Assembly (NCBI RefSeq): GCF_001194135.2 | Contig: NC_068993.1 | Span: 27,527,736-27,580,141, forward strand | Origin: Octopus bimaculoides | Lineage: Eukaryota | Length of the DNA stretch: 52,406 nucleotides | Reading direction: 5' to 3' | In this document: positions 36,099-48,281 of the stretch, piece after piece | How the letters are laid out: the number at the start of each line of letters is the position of its first letter | Position numbering within the stretch: position 1 is the first letter of the stretch | Translations under genes and position numbers: made by a program | The notes under the pieces: generated by a model | Seen by the model: only the letters and a program-made list of their open reading frames with translations | Database searches by the model: none | Told to the model about the DNA's origin: nothing

Positions 36099-36136
36099 AA
36101 TATCATGAATAGCGAAAGCGAAACCGGTCGAATATT
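36099..36136 (+). ncRNA. Minimal type I hammerhead ribozyme motif, variant core
   Basis: aatatc-ATGAATA-gc gaaa gc-GAAA-ccgGTC-gaatatt: stem I, 7-nt core, 2-bp stem II with GAAA loop, palindromic ACCGGT stem III. A decayed inverted copy is at 33486-33523. Confidence 0.65.
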
Positions 36137-36449
36137 AAAAATTATATTAAAACTATGTAAAGTGTGTGTATTTTCGTTTTTTAAAATTTCCTACATATAT
36201 ATTACAACTTACCCCGTGGGGATAATCGAAATTCCTCTTTCTCTGTTACTATATACATATATATNNNNNNNNNNNNNNNNNNNNNNNNNNNNNNNNNNNN
36301 NNNNNNNNNNNNNNNNNNNNNNNNNNNNNNNNNNNNNNNNNNNNNNNNNNNNNNNNNNNNNNNNNNNNNNNNNNNNNNNNNNNNNNNNNNNNNNNNNNNN
36401 NNNNNNNNNNNNNNNNNNNATATATATATATATAGCGAGGGCATGAGAG

Positions 36450-37030
36450 GAATTGGTATCTAGAAGACCCAAAGCGTGGCAGGTAACGCTAAGTGCTATG
36501 GACAGACTATAGGTAAACTCTTGGTTCGATAGTGATGCGAGTGAGGAATCTAATGTAGGTCTTATATTAGCATATGCATTAGACAAAATGAGATAACATA
36601 GCCAAGGCTGCGTGGAGTTTTCAGGACATTTATAAGGAAAAAGATATAGATATAGTCTTACAGCTGTTTCTGAGATATTATGGATATCCCTTCTTCAGAG
36701 ACGATGTGAGATGGTTAAATAGAGGTAAATATTTGAGTTCGAAATAAGGAATTATTATGGAAAAGAGGAGATAGGGAATACAGAGAGAAATAAAAGAATG
36801 AAAGTAGAAATAAAATATAAAATATATCAAGATATTCGAGGAAAGTGATGTATAGAAGTGCTAAAAAGGTTTCCTGTACATAGCATGTAAGTTCCAATAG
36901 TAGTTCAAGCTTAGTCAGTTCAAAGTATGGAGCCGTGGATTCTGTGTTGCTTATTCGAAAGGGTTTTGTGGTGTGGATGAAAATTTGAGAATGTATTGGT
37001 ACTATTTGTGGATAGATGGTGGGGAGATGT
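36450..37030 (-). mobile_element. Decayed fragment of a second Penelope-like element
   Basis: Minus strand gives LFNHLTSSLKKGYP (compare HLKTTLTERQYP in the adjacent PLE) and STNTFSNFHPHH. Decayed. Confidence 0.4.
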
Positions 37031-37204
37031 GTATGATACCTTTAAATTTTACCACAAATCTAAATGCGACCTAAATAACCACACAGCATATATTTAAAGC
37101 ACCTCTTAGGTAATCCTCAACAACCTTACTTAACTTTCCTTTATCTCCATTTTAATTTTTAATCTTTAATTTTTTAACTCCCCTATCTTACTTTAAGTCA
37201 TTTA

Positions 37205-37675
37205 ATACTACATATATGGACATGCAAGCGGATACATGTGCGACACAAGCATGTGTGTAAATGTACATTTGTGTATGTATGTATATGTATGTGGATATAT
37301 GCATGTATATATGTGTGTGTGTGTGTATGTGTGTGTGTGTGTATGTGTGTGTGTGTGTGTGTATAAATATATGTCTGTGTGTGTGGCTGTGTGTATGTGT
37401 ATATATGTATACATATGTACGTGTATGCGCGCGTGCGTGTGACTGTGTGTACGTGCGTGCGCACCTTTGCTTATGTATGTGCGTGTGCATGTATGTGTAT
37501 ATATATGCATACGCATATGCGTGTATGAATACATTTACGCATGCGCGTGACCATACATGTATATATATGTGTGTGTATGTATATGTGTATATACATATAT
37601 ATATATATCTGTGTGTGTGTGTATGTATGCATATGCACACATGTATATGTACGTGTGCGCGTGTGTACGTATATC
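37205..37675. repeat. Compound (TG/TA/CA) dinucleotide low-complexity tract
   Basis: Directly visible. It explains all ORFs in 37188-37750. Confidence 0.95.
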
Positions 37676-38519
37676 ATTATACCTTCTTTCCTCCTCTCTG
37701 ATTCCTGTCTTCACACTAACAATCACGTACGTCTATTTATAGAAATTTGACACCCTTGTTTTCTTCCCTCCTCTTTAAATTTTGCTACTAAAACTACTAC
37801 TCACTTTGGTATCACCCCAGCTCTATCATATTATCCCCACTCACATATCTCACACTTATTCACTCCTTACTTTCTCATCTCTTCTTATCCCTCCACCACT
37901 CCTCTCCCATCCTCCCTTCACATTATCTTGACCACCAACTCCTTTTCTCGCTTCTTTCACCCTTTCTTCACTTTTTCACTCTTTTCACGTCTTTCTCTCT
38001 TCTTTCTTTTTTCTATTTTTCTCTCTTTTTTTCTCTCTTTCTTCCTCTCATTTTCACTTCCTGTTTTCATATTCACAAACGCACACACATCAAGTAAACA
38101 TCAAGTAGTTCTAATCTGTTGTCACTGTCCTGTCCAGGAATGCCTCTGGCAGAGTCTGCTCTGATGCAAGCTTTGGGCCAGGTCTCCCGCGCGCAGGCGC
38201 GCACACGTGTGTGTATGTGTGTGTGCATATGAGCAAGTGAGTGAGATTGCATACACACACACACACACATACATATATATATCTGCACAGACATACATTT
38301 ACATTTATTAATTGTGCGTATTAACACATACCCTACAGTCTGAGTTTGTATGCTAGGTTCCTCAGCTTTCGCAGCAAATTACATTGAAAACTCAATTGCG
38401 ATAATTTTTGTTTCTGTGTACACATTCATAACTAATTAATAAATTGCACAAAGCAATTTAATGTTAAGATTCCATATATAAATTAAATTTAATGTTAAGA
38501 TGCCATATATGAAGAGTTA

Positions 38520-38528
38520 CCACCACTA

Positions 38529-38572
<44 letters not shown>

Positions 38573-38600
38573 GCTGCTGCTGCTTTTGCTGTTGTTGCTG

Positions 38601-38656
<56 letters not shown>

Positions 38657-38680
38657 GATGCTGATGCTTGTACTACTACT
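38520..38680. repeat. (ACT/GCT)n trinucleotide repeat
   Basis: Directly visible. Confidence 0.95.
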
Positions 38681-38818
38681 AAACACGTTTTCTTAGCTAA
38701 TAAATTAATAAATAATCATAAATTGAAACTTTCACACTATACCGTGATAAATTATTTCTGCAATCTGTTGATGATAAGTTTATTATCATTTCATCAGTTA
38801 TACTATATTACTTACATT

Positions 38819-39026
38819 AAGGAGGCGAGTTGACAGAATTGTTAGCACGCTGGGCAAAATCTCGTTCGTCCTTATGCTCTGAGCTCAAATTCCACCGAAG
38901 TCGGCTTTGCCTTTCATCCGTTCGGAGTCAATAAAATAAGTACCTGCTTTGCACTGGAGTCGATGTAATCGACTTACTCTCTCCACCTCTGAAATTGCTG
39001 GCCCTATGCCAAAATTTGAAATCTAT
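38819..39026 (+). mobile_element. SINE (same family as 8325)
   Basis: aaggaggcgagttgacagaattgttagcacgctgggc...gagctcaaattccaccgaagtcggctttgcctttcatcc...gccaaaatttgaaatc. Confidence 0.85.
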
Positions 39027-39252
39027 AGGAAGGAGTTCCAACCACGTTTCGCGATTCGCTAACTCAACAACTCCTTTATAGGATCCAGTGGCTAAGGACA
39101 TCAACAGGAGGAACTACGTCTGGTTTCGGCCCCTACTCCTTTAGTGTTTTCCGACGTAGCGGGTACCTCACTTTCGCACTTTCGGAGGTATCTTCAGCTC
39201 TGGCGTTGAGGGCGTTTTTTTTTTTTTTTTGGTTGCATCGTCTTCCATACAG

Positions 39253-39646
39253 TGTCAACAAATGTCAGCGGGCGAATGACCACCCTGCCAAATTTCTCTT
39301 TAAATACTCGCCGGTAAGCTCCAGCAGCCAGCTCCAGCAGCCAGCTCCAGCAGCCAGCGCCAGCTGTCACGTGACACAATCTAAGCTTCAACAGCCCGCG
39401 TCGATCGACTGTCAGGTGACGCAATCTACTGACCAATGGAGAGGAAGAGTACGTAGTTTTGGCCCGCGCCCTCTCTAGCCCTATCACAGAGTCGTGTGAG
39501 TTCCAGCTCCAGCAGCCAGAGTCGACTAGCCGTCTCCTGGTACAAGCCTTCGAACTATCGGGTGGGGGAAGGGCAATAAAAGAGCTGGTTCCCTCGGCCC
39601 ACCTGTCAAGCAGCAACTCTGTGTAAGTCAGCTCCACCTGGCGACG
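39253..39646 (+). mobile_element. Possible LTR fragment followed by a PBS-like motif
   Basis: GC-rich block starting tgtca, with tttaaata at about 39297, aataaaa at about 39575 and tggcgacg at 39639. No TSD found; it could instead be the HERO 3' region. Confidence 0.35.
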
Positions 39647-39669
39647 CCATTTCCCAGTCGGTATATTAT

Positions 39670-40745
39670 GGCTTTCGAGCCATTTCGAGTCTTCTCGTTT
39701 CAGCCATATATAGAAGCTGGCCTTGTTGACTGCCTCCTATATCCTCCTTATTATTTTCCTCAGTTCTGTGCTCGAAAATGCAAATCTTTTAAATAACGTC
39801 GCCATTTTCTTTTCAATGAAGCCTCAAGCCCCCACTGCTAGGTGGTAATACTCGACAGTTCACCCCTGTTCCCCGCACTCTTCGATTAATTTCTCATACC
39901 TCCTCTCCTTCCGTTGCTTCGCATTAGCGATGTTCGCTTCCCACAGCACTGTCAGCTCCAGCAAAATTCAAATTTCTCAGTCTGTATTCTATAAGAATGC
40001 TGTTGGGTTGTTTTTATGAGTAGACATATTAATAATCTTTCCAAATCCGCGGCCAGCTCCCAGTATCTCTTCCATCTTTCGTCTGTCTTGTATACTTTTT
40101 TTGAAGGTCTGGTCTTATGTCCTTTTCCCTCCTTCTGGAAGCATATCTTTCCGCATTTTTCCACTTTTGGGTACTCACCCCTATTATATCCTTCGATCTT
40201 CTCCTTGAGTGCTGTGCTTATGACACCGAGGACTTGGTTGTGACGCCATGTGTCTCTGTTTAGTGCTAGCCTGCAGTTTGACAGGGCATACCTTACCGTC
40301 ACTTTCTCTCCGCATCTATATTCATCAGTTGTTTGTAGGTTCCACCGGACTAAATTGGTCGGTGAAGGCAAAACGTCGAAGGTGGACTTGATTTGAAAGG
40401 ATGTTCTTGCTTGTTCCCAAGTCCAAAGTTCCTTCCATGATATTCTGCGACTGGCCACATATTCCTCCCATCTCAGGCACTCCCTGTTGACTACATTGCA
40501 CCAAATGTACATTTCGCCTTTCTTTTTCTCCTTTCTCACTTCGTGTACCTCTGCCTCTTTCATTTCTTTTACACTATTCATGCACAATGGTTTGAAATTT
40601 TGCAACCCTAGACAGGCTCTTGTTTCTTGCATCGCTCCGACTATATCGGCATGTCTTAGCTTTCCGATTGCCCTGTTTACTGCTTCTTCCGATTTCTCTT
40701 CGTATCTCTGGAGGGTTTTCTCGGATGTTCTGATCTTTCGAATAC
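39670..40745 (-). mobile_element. HERO-like (R2 superfamily) LINE 3' fragment with REL
   Basis: SFQIKSTFDVLPSPTNLVRW, LSNCRLAL..TWRHNQVL, then LELTVLWE..KERRYEKLIEEC..G*TVEYYHLAVGA*G and ASFYIWLKR. Confidence 0.85.
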
Positions 40746-40761
40746 CTTACCATCATTACTG

Positions 40762-40826
40762 TCATTACTTTCCTTTCAGCATTACTTTCCTTTCAGCATT
40801 ACTTTCCTTTCAGCATTACTTTCCTG
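40762..40826. repeat. 17-bp tandem repeat (cattactttcctttcag), about 4 copies
   Basis: Directly visible at the 5' truncation point of the HERO fragment. Confidence 0.9.
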
Positions 40827-42819
40827 TCTGATAGTCTTCGACGATTGATGCTATCGGTAGTTGCAGCACGGGTTTTCCATATAGTGCAGCTGTATTCGGC
40901 GGTTTTGGAAGACTATGCCATTTTCTGATAAACACACTGCATCTTTGTTCCATCCTTTCTATTCTACTCGATTATTTATAACTACATATTGTTTGGATTA
41001 TCATAAGTTGTACGTTTGCCACATATAATTACCTTCAATTCAACATTTTTACATACTGAAATATTACAACCAACGAAAAGACTCACTAAGGATTGACATT
41101 TTTTTTAAATGCCAAGAGCGAATTGCAAGCGTATAAGACCCTTAACAAGGCACATTTGTGCTAACAAAAATAATGAATCTTTAATTTCACAAATTCATAT
41201 GACAACTTATGTTAAATTATTGTTTTGGTCTAAAGATTCAAATTGCTTTTTTATAAAGATGTTTTAGGAACTTCACCAACGGACAGTTCAAAATTAGAAT
41301 ATGAACAAAATTGTACCTTTAGATGAAGAGGTTTCCAACTCTTCATCAACGTCATCGTTGGACCTCTTTCAAATTATACCATAACATCTAAACACACACA
41401 CACACACATACAGACACATTGGATAAATGTCGCTTTAGATTCACAATGCCGGAAGAGAAAAATACAGTATTGTCACTACATACGAAATATGTGCAATTCG
41501 AGAATACAAAGAGGTTGCAGTACTGAGTGAAGCAACTTCATTTCACATTCACTTCACCAGAATACCTTCGAATAGGTCTATGCCATCTATCTATTTTTTA
41601 ACCCGGTCTCCAGTTTGAGAATACTTCCTCCTACCAGTCTCGGAGAACCTTTAAAGGGTTGTGGGTACTAATCTTTCACCGTAAGAGTTAAGAAATATCT
41701 GTCTTTCTTTCCTCCATCAGATTAGCTACCGCCCTATATCTATCTGTCTAAACATTTATCTATGTAACTCTATCGGAAGAGTATTGAAGCTTAAACCAAC
41801 AAGGTAATTATTATATAACGGTCATTTTCTTATATTATTCTTTCACATTACTGTAAACCGCACGTAAGTGTACTGCCAGAATGAAAGATAAAGTATCTAA
41901 TTTGTGATTCGCTTTTAAAATGTCATGTAAAAACTGAAAACAAAATGTATATTTCAGAAAATACTTGAGCTGCTTATCAGGGGGACCGATATCAAATGAA
42001 TATGCAGGTTGTGCATCTGCTAAAGCAGTACGGAAAGTGATGGAAGAGAAGAATTATCAAATAACCAATCCAAAAGGGACCTGGATATTGAACAAAGAAT
42101 GCCGTAAGAATTTTTTCCTTATCTAAAATAATTATTTCAATTTTTAGAATTTATTATTTGATAAAAAGCTTGTTAAAGTAGATAGTAAGGCTTTCTCGCA
42201 AAACGTTCATGGCAATGCCTTTTTCAATGTAGTCTTCAATATGTTCTTGTAATGTCTTCTCTGTCCTCACTAATGTTATATCTTTTGTCTTCTTCCATGC
42301 TGTAGTTACTAATTTCTTGAATGATTTTTGCACTGTCTTTTATATTGTTCTTTCATTCTATTCTTCAATACTCTCTTCAATGTCTTCATTTGTATTTTAC
42401 TTTTCAGCGTTTTCATCACAACGTCACTGTAATTAATGTGTTCTTTAATCTATTCTTTAATGTTCATATGTTTGTGTTTTCGTCAGTACCTTCTTTAGTA
42501 TCATCATCAAAGACTCCTTGAAGGTTTTCTTCAATCCCTTATCCAATGCCTTCTTTATTGCTGCAATTATTGCTTTTTTCATTGTCTTCAGTGTCTCTTT
42601 TGATATCTTCTCTTATGTCTCCAATGTCCTCTACATCTCAAAGTTTCTTCAGTCTATTATTAGCTGGCTTAACTGTTTTCTTCAATGTCTTATTCAACGC
42701 CATCTTCAATGACTCCACTGTCTTCTTTATCTTTTACAATGTTTTTCATTATCATCAAGTTCTACTTCACTGTCGTCATTTGTGTATTTTTAATGCTATA
42801 TTTATTGTTTTATCAATGT

Positions 42820-43240
42820 GCTATCAATGGGAATAGCAGCATACAAGCTATCAATGGGAATAGTAGCATACCACACTGGTTAGCTCTGGGAGAGCAAAAC
42901 TGATCCCCAAATGCAAGACCACACACATGCCAAAAAACTACCAGCCAACTGCATACCAGGACTTAATACATAGAATATATACAGTATGTTTAAACCTCTT
43001 CCTCCAAGACAGTTACGAAAGTAGTAACATCATCACAGCAGAACAAACAGCTGGGAAGGAGGGAGGCTGGGGATGTGCCGAGCAATTGTTAATAAACAAA
43101 ACTGTAATGTGAGAGGTGCGGAAGCATAGAAGGAAACTAATTTCAATGTGACTGGATTACAAGAAAGTCCTTGACTCTGTCTCCAACTCACGGATGCTAT
43201 AGACCCTTCAACTTGCTAAATTTCCAGTGAGAATAGTCAA
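42820..43240 (+). mobile_element. R4/Dong-like RT fragment, near-identical to 29762-30146
   Basis: ORFs 42927-43112 and 29844-30029 are almost identical and end at the same TGA. Confidence 0.9.
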
Positions 43241-44086
43241 TATTATTCAATGGAAATTGACTATGTTATCGTCACTGCGTTTTCAATGTCTTCTCCGCAG
43301 TCTTTTTCTTATACTTTCTCTCAGTTTTCTTATATTCTTCAATGTCTTTTTCAGTACATTTTCAATATTTAAAAAAAATATACTTTGTAATTCTTCTTCA
43401 ATTCTTGTTTCTTTTTCAATGTCACTGTGAAAGTCTTCAATGGCTTTAATGTCTGCTTCAGAGTCTGCATGCTACATTCTTTTTGCAATGTCTTCAATGT
43501 ATTCTTCACAGTTTTATCTTTATGTCATCATATTTATCTTCATCATTGCCATATACTCTTTGATGCCTTCTTTAATACCTTATGTCATTTTAACATCAGA
43601 TCCAAGACTTCTTCGATGTTTTGTACAATATCCTCTTCAATGTATACAGCAAAATTATTTCAGTGTCCTTTTTTCAATCTCAGAATTATGGTCAATGTGC
43701 TTTTCAGTGGAAACTTCATTTTCTTCTTTGATGTTTTCACAGTCTTCCTCAATGTCGTGTAACGTTTTCTTCAATACCATTTTCACCGTCTTCTTCATTG
43801 CCATCGTCACTGCTTATTCAGTGACTTCTCTACCTAATTCACTGCCTTTTTCAATACTTTGTTCAAAGTCTTTCTCAATATCTTTCCACCACCTTCTTTA
43901 CTGTCTTGTTCAATGTTTCCAATGTTACCTTTTGTATCATTTTTAAAGATATATTTTCAAATATTTTCTTTTTCGTGACAATATTTCTGTAATGCTTGTT
44001 TTAATCTCTTATCGTTCCCTCAATTACTTTTACAATATATTCTTCAGTTTTTCCTTCAATATATATATCTTTTTTTTTTTTGTGAA

Positions 44087-44245
44087 GCGGGCGAAATGCT
44101 TAGCCGTATTTCGTCTGTCTTTACGTTCTGAGTTCAAATTCCACTGAGGTCGACTTTGCCTTTCATTAAGTACCAGTTGCGTACTGGGGTCTATCTAATC
44201 GACTGGCCCCCTCCCCTAAAATTTTGGGCCTTGTGAAGAAAAGAA
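44087..44245 (+). mobile_element. 5'-truncated SINE (same family as 8325)
   Basis: gcgggcgaaatgcttagccgtatttcg...gttctgagttcaaattccactgaggtcgactttgcctttc. Confidence 0.85.
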
Positions 44246-45899
44246 AAGAATATTTTTTTATGTTATCATGGAAGAAAACTTTAAATCCCTGAAAATTTTT
44301 CTTATTCTTTTCTACATCTTTTTCAAAGTCTTATTAAGTATAATATTCAATGACCTCTCCAATTTTATTCTTGACCATTCTTCTGCAAAGTCGTCTTCAA
44401 TGTGTAGCATAGTTTTTTCTTCAACAGTGTCTTCATTGTATTCTTAAATCTCTTCGTCACTGTTTTCTGCAATAATTATTACAATGTCCTTGTCACCGTC
44501 TTCGTGGTATGAGTTTTTATTGTTTTGATCAATGTCCTTCCCCGTTATTTCCCCAAAAACTCAATATCGTCCTCCATATTCTAATGTATTCTGTATTTTC
44601 TGTAATCTTCTAATGCCATATTCAATTTCGTCAATGTATTCTTGAATGTATTCGAAAACGTTTCCACTAATTAACAGATTCTTTCGTATGGTACATTGTA
44701 TTGCGTATATTTAGTTAACTGTCACTACTTTTTATCATCAATCACAATGTAAATACGTCTCGACAATCTCTGCAAGGGAGAAAAAATGGAGATCGTTCCG
44801 ACCAGTTTTCGTCCTATTTGGGTCAACTTAGCAAGAACATGTCTTTGTCCACTACAAAATTTTACATCGAGTTACTAGAAACAAGTAATTCTCTAAACAG
44901 GAATATACGATTTCCTGAAATTGCCATTTACAGGGAGCTAAGTCATTTATTTAATTTTGTTTGAAAAATGTAGACATTAAAAGACAAAAGTATTTACGAA
45001 GATAATGAATGGAACATTAGAAAAGATATAGAAAAATACAAAGAGGAGACAATAGAAAATTTATTGAAAGTTCATTAAACAATAAATTAGCGAGAATTCT
45101 GAAGAAGTTACTGAAAGCATTGAAGAAAAAGTGTGATGATGACGTTAAAGTTAACTGAAGAGTATACTGAAGATGTCAGATAAAATATTAAATATGAGAA
45201 TGAAGAAGATCGTAAATGAAGCTGCAAAATTAGATGTCCGATAGATGTCTTCGCAGATTCTTTGTGCCAGTAAATGGAGATTGAATTATTTATGTAAATC
45301 AGTTGAATTTTCTTTGAATTTGAGAAGTCAGTGCTTATAATGCCTATATGTACAATATCTATTTGGACACAGACTGCTGTGTACGCAATTCCTGAAGTAT
45401 CGTTCCAAATAGAATCGATATCTGTTAGAGAGTTCTTCACATTCTACATATGGAAATCTTTTTGCAACAGTGGATTCAAATAGCACAGATTATACGTGGT
45501 TGTACATTAGCATGATTTCTTTGTTTTATTCAGTATGTTCTCTGTTTTCTTCAAAGAATTTTCTTTCGCTATCTTTTCCACTGTCTTTTACAATGTTTTC
45601 TTCTCTGCCTTATTTAAAATTCTTCACTTACCTCTTTCAATATCTTCTTTCATGATCTTTTTGTAATACCTTTTTCAGTCTCCCCTTGAACATTTTCTTC
45701 AATATTCCCTTTATTTTATCTTTTTATCCTCTCTAATTTCTTCTTCCCTTATTTCGTCAATATCATCTGCACTGAATCTTTGAAAGTATTCTTAAAAGTA
45801 TTCATATAATTATATAATGTCGTTTATTGGCAATTTGTTCTACACTGTCTTCTTCAAAGTCATTACCTGCCAGCACGTAATGAAAGCCGAGTTAGTAGT

Positions 45900-45944
45900 G
45901 GAAACATGTATGTGTACGTGTGTGCGTGTGTGTATGTGTGTGTG

Positions 45945-45991
<47 letters not shown>

Positions 45992-46045
45992 ATGTATGTA
46001 TGTATGTATGTATGTATGTATGTATGTATGCATGTATATATGTGC
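45900..46045. repeat. (TG)(TA)(TATG) compound microsatellite
   Basis: Directly visible. Confidence 0.95.
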
Positions 46046-46064
46046 AATTAATTCAAATGATTAG

Positions 46065-46300
46065 AAATTAACTCTTCAAGTTACGGGCCTTAATGCTGCG
46101 AAAATGCTTTTAAAATGCGGTTTATCTGCCTTTGCACCCGCATTAGGCAAGAAGTTGAAAATTTCTTTGGCCCATGACACTCCATGGACCCTATGCAATG
46201 CATGAGTAAAATTTCATTAAAATCGGTTGTGTGGATCTCGAGTTATAACGACATGACAAACACACAGACGCACATCTTGCGTTTTATAAATATAGAATAT
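46065..46300 (+). mobile_element. Helitron/HINE-like non-autonomous 3' end
   Basis: aaatttcattaaaatcggtt...gacaaacacacagac...gcgttttataaatatagaat resembles DINE-1/HINE-type termini. Recognised from memory. Confidence 0.45.
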
Positions 46301-46739
46301 GTAAAAAAGCATAAGACGGGCTAACAAAATCGATAGAGAATCGGAATAATTCTTTGTAGTAGTTAATTACATCCCTTCGTCTCCTGTTATCCTTTCCCGA
46401 AGTCAAGGAAATAAATATACATTCGAGTACAAGAGTTAATTACGTCAATATACATTTCGCTCTAAATAAGTGGTTTGTGACTATGTTACAAAATGCATTA
46501 CATAAAAAAAAAGTATCATCTCAATATTTCTAACGATGTTGTTCACCCTGTTATGCTAGCACCACATAAGAAAATCACCCGCATATACGCTCACACCCGT
46601 TTTTACATTTTGTCACGTACATAGACATAGGCACACCCACATACTCAAATAGATGCATTGCCATATAAACAAAATATTTTCACGTTTTCTTTTGCTTATT
46701 GTCAATTACGACCCTCTTCCTTCTTTCTATATCTTTCAG

Positions 46740-46791
46740 GTTGTGTAAACATTTGTGCTAAAGAACAGCTTGAATACTGGCCAACCTGTGG
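46740..46791 (+). other. Candidate 52-nt internal exon
   Basis: Pyrimidine tract plus tttcAG, then an exon with one open frame (CVNICAKEQLEYWPTC) and donor GG/GTGAGT. Confidence 0.3.
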
Positions 46792-47435
46792 GTGAGTATT
46801 TCGGGGAATGTGCTTGATACAAATTAACGACCTGCTTTAAGTAATTCATTAACTACTGTATCATCGTTCACACTCCTGCTGCGTTTAACATTTCTATAGC
46901 TTCGTCAGAAGAGAAGAATTTATACCCATAAAATAAGAAGCTTCTCTCAGGCTGGTTAAATTTATGCAGATAATATTCAGCTTTAATATTTCTAAAATAC
47001 GTTAATAGCAAAAATGTGATGGAGTTTCTTAAGGGAAAACCAGTATGACAGGTTTTGAGAGTGAGATCATTCACATGATGGTCAATAGAATAAGCAGTAG
47101 AATAAGCAGATGTATGACAGCACGATTGACAAGTATATTGAGTGGGTGAAATTTTGTCAAAACCGGATTAACCGTTTTAACATTTTTGCGAAAAGGAAGC
47201 AACAAAGAAACAAAAATCGAAAACGATAAGTGAAAAAAATAATAGAAAATACTTCTTAAGAAAATATTTCTTAAGTAGATAAAAGAAAACAAAACAGACT
47301 TTAGCAGCAATACGAAATGAGTGAGAAAGAAAACAAGGCTTCCGTTCCTCAGACATTTTCTTTTACTCTAGAGTGCAAATAAAACCATCGCTCTAACTTT
47401 GAAGGAAGACTTTCTCAATACTCATTTACTCTTTT

Positions 47436-47621
47436 TCTTGTTTCAGTCATTTGACTGCAGCCATACTGGAGCACCACCTTTAGTCGAGCAAATCGACCCC
47501 AGGACTTATTCTTTGTAAGCCTACTACTTATTCTATCGGTCTCTTTTGCCAAACCGCTACGTTACGGGGACGTAAACGCACCAGCATCGGTTGTCAAGCG
47601 ATGTTGGAAGGACAAACACAC

Positions 47622-47652
<31 letters not shown>

Positions 47653-47758
47653 CTTCTTTAAGTTTCCGTCAACCAAATCCACTCACAAGGCTTTAACGTG
47701 CCACGCAGTGTGACTGAACCCGGAACCATGTGGTTGGCTACTTACCACACAGCCACTT
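47436..47758 (-). mobile_element. tRNA-derived SINE (second family) with an internal microsatellite
   Basis: Minus-strand head agtggctgtgtggtaagtagc..catggttccgggttcagtc (A/B-box-like), body ccttgtgagtggatttggttgacggaaact, and tail cagtcaaatgactgaaac. Confidence 0.85.
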
Positions 47759-48281
47759 TCAATCCGCACATGAAAGTTGAAAATTAGTGATATAATAACT
47801 ATTCATGTATGAAAATGTTCTAACCGTGGCCATCCTGCCATTTCCTTGGAGATTGCATGTCTATATCATCCAATATGTTATTCATATTGGCTGCAATTTC
47901 TAACTGATCAAATGCTCCCTTCTTGATTATGATTGTGTTTATTTTGTAAAATTCGTGAAGGAATGATGTATGGGATGGCAGTTTCATGAATATGAATATG
48001 TGCGTATGTTTTCTTTTTTTCAATTCTCGGAAAATCTTCCATTGAAGGAGGAAGCATTTCCGAAAAAGAAATACAGCTCTGTTATGGAAATGTAATAATT
48101 GCAAGCTAAACCTTTAAAAAATATCTTGTATACATTCACTATTATACTTACTAAATTAACACACACACACACACACGCATATAGTAACATTTTTCTCCCA
48201 CTATAACATGGCTGTTCTATAAATAACTGTTACTACATTTTAAACCCAAGAAAACATATTTTCCAGCTGCTTAACGACACC

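Larger units (their letters stand above)
33425..36200 (+). mobile_element. Penelope-like element (Neptune-type), 5'-truncated with an inverted copy of its 3' end
   Basis: RT ORF 34094-35068 (FYDLPKIHK, FRPIVAG, LDVINLYTNIPH, QKCGIAM, RYLDD, PFLD, YYKPT). Thumb at 35005-35400. Frame 35406-35807 has KCGRSNCGTC and NLIYVITCSGCGHNYIGQ (GIY-YIG). 33425-34079 is the reverse complement of 35547-36200. Confidence 0.95.
42200..45800. repeat. Degenerate tcttcaatg-rich array with a period of about 12 bp, interrupted by insertions
   Basis: Recurrent tcttcaatgtc/ttcttcaat/gtcttc words. The minus strand reads as broken D/E/I-rich peptide. Confidence 0.6.

Noticed and set aside
37188-37750. Many His/Thr/Cys/Val-rich ORFs resembling metal-binding proteins
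   Set aside because: Compound dinucleotide repeats.
39100-39200. Minus-strand ctgaaga...hairpin...gaaacc as a hammerhead
   Set aside because: Stem II does not close adjacent to GAAA and there is no suitable stem I/III or cleavage triplet.
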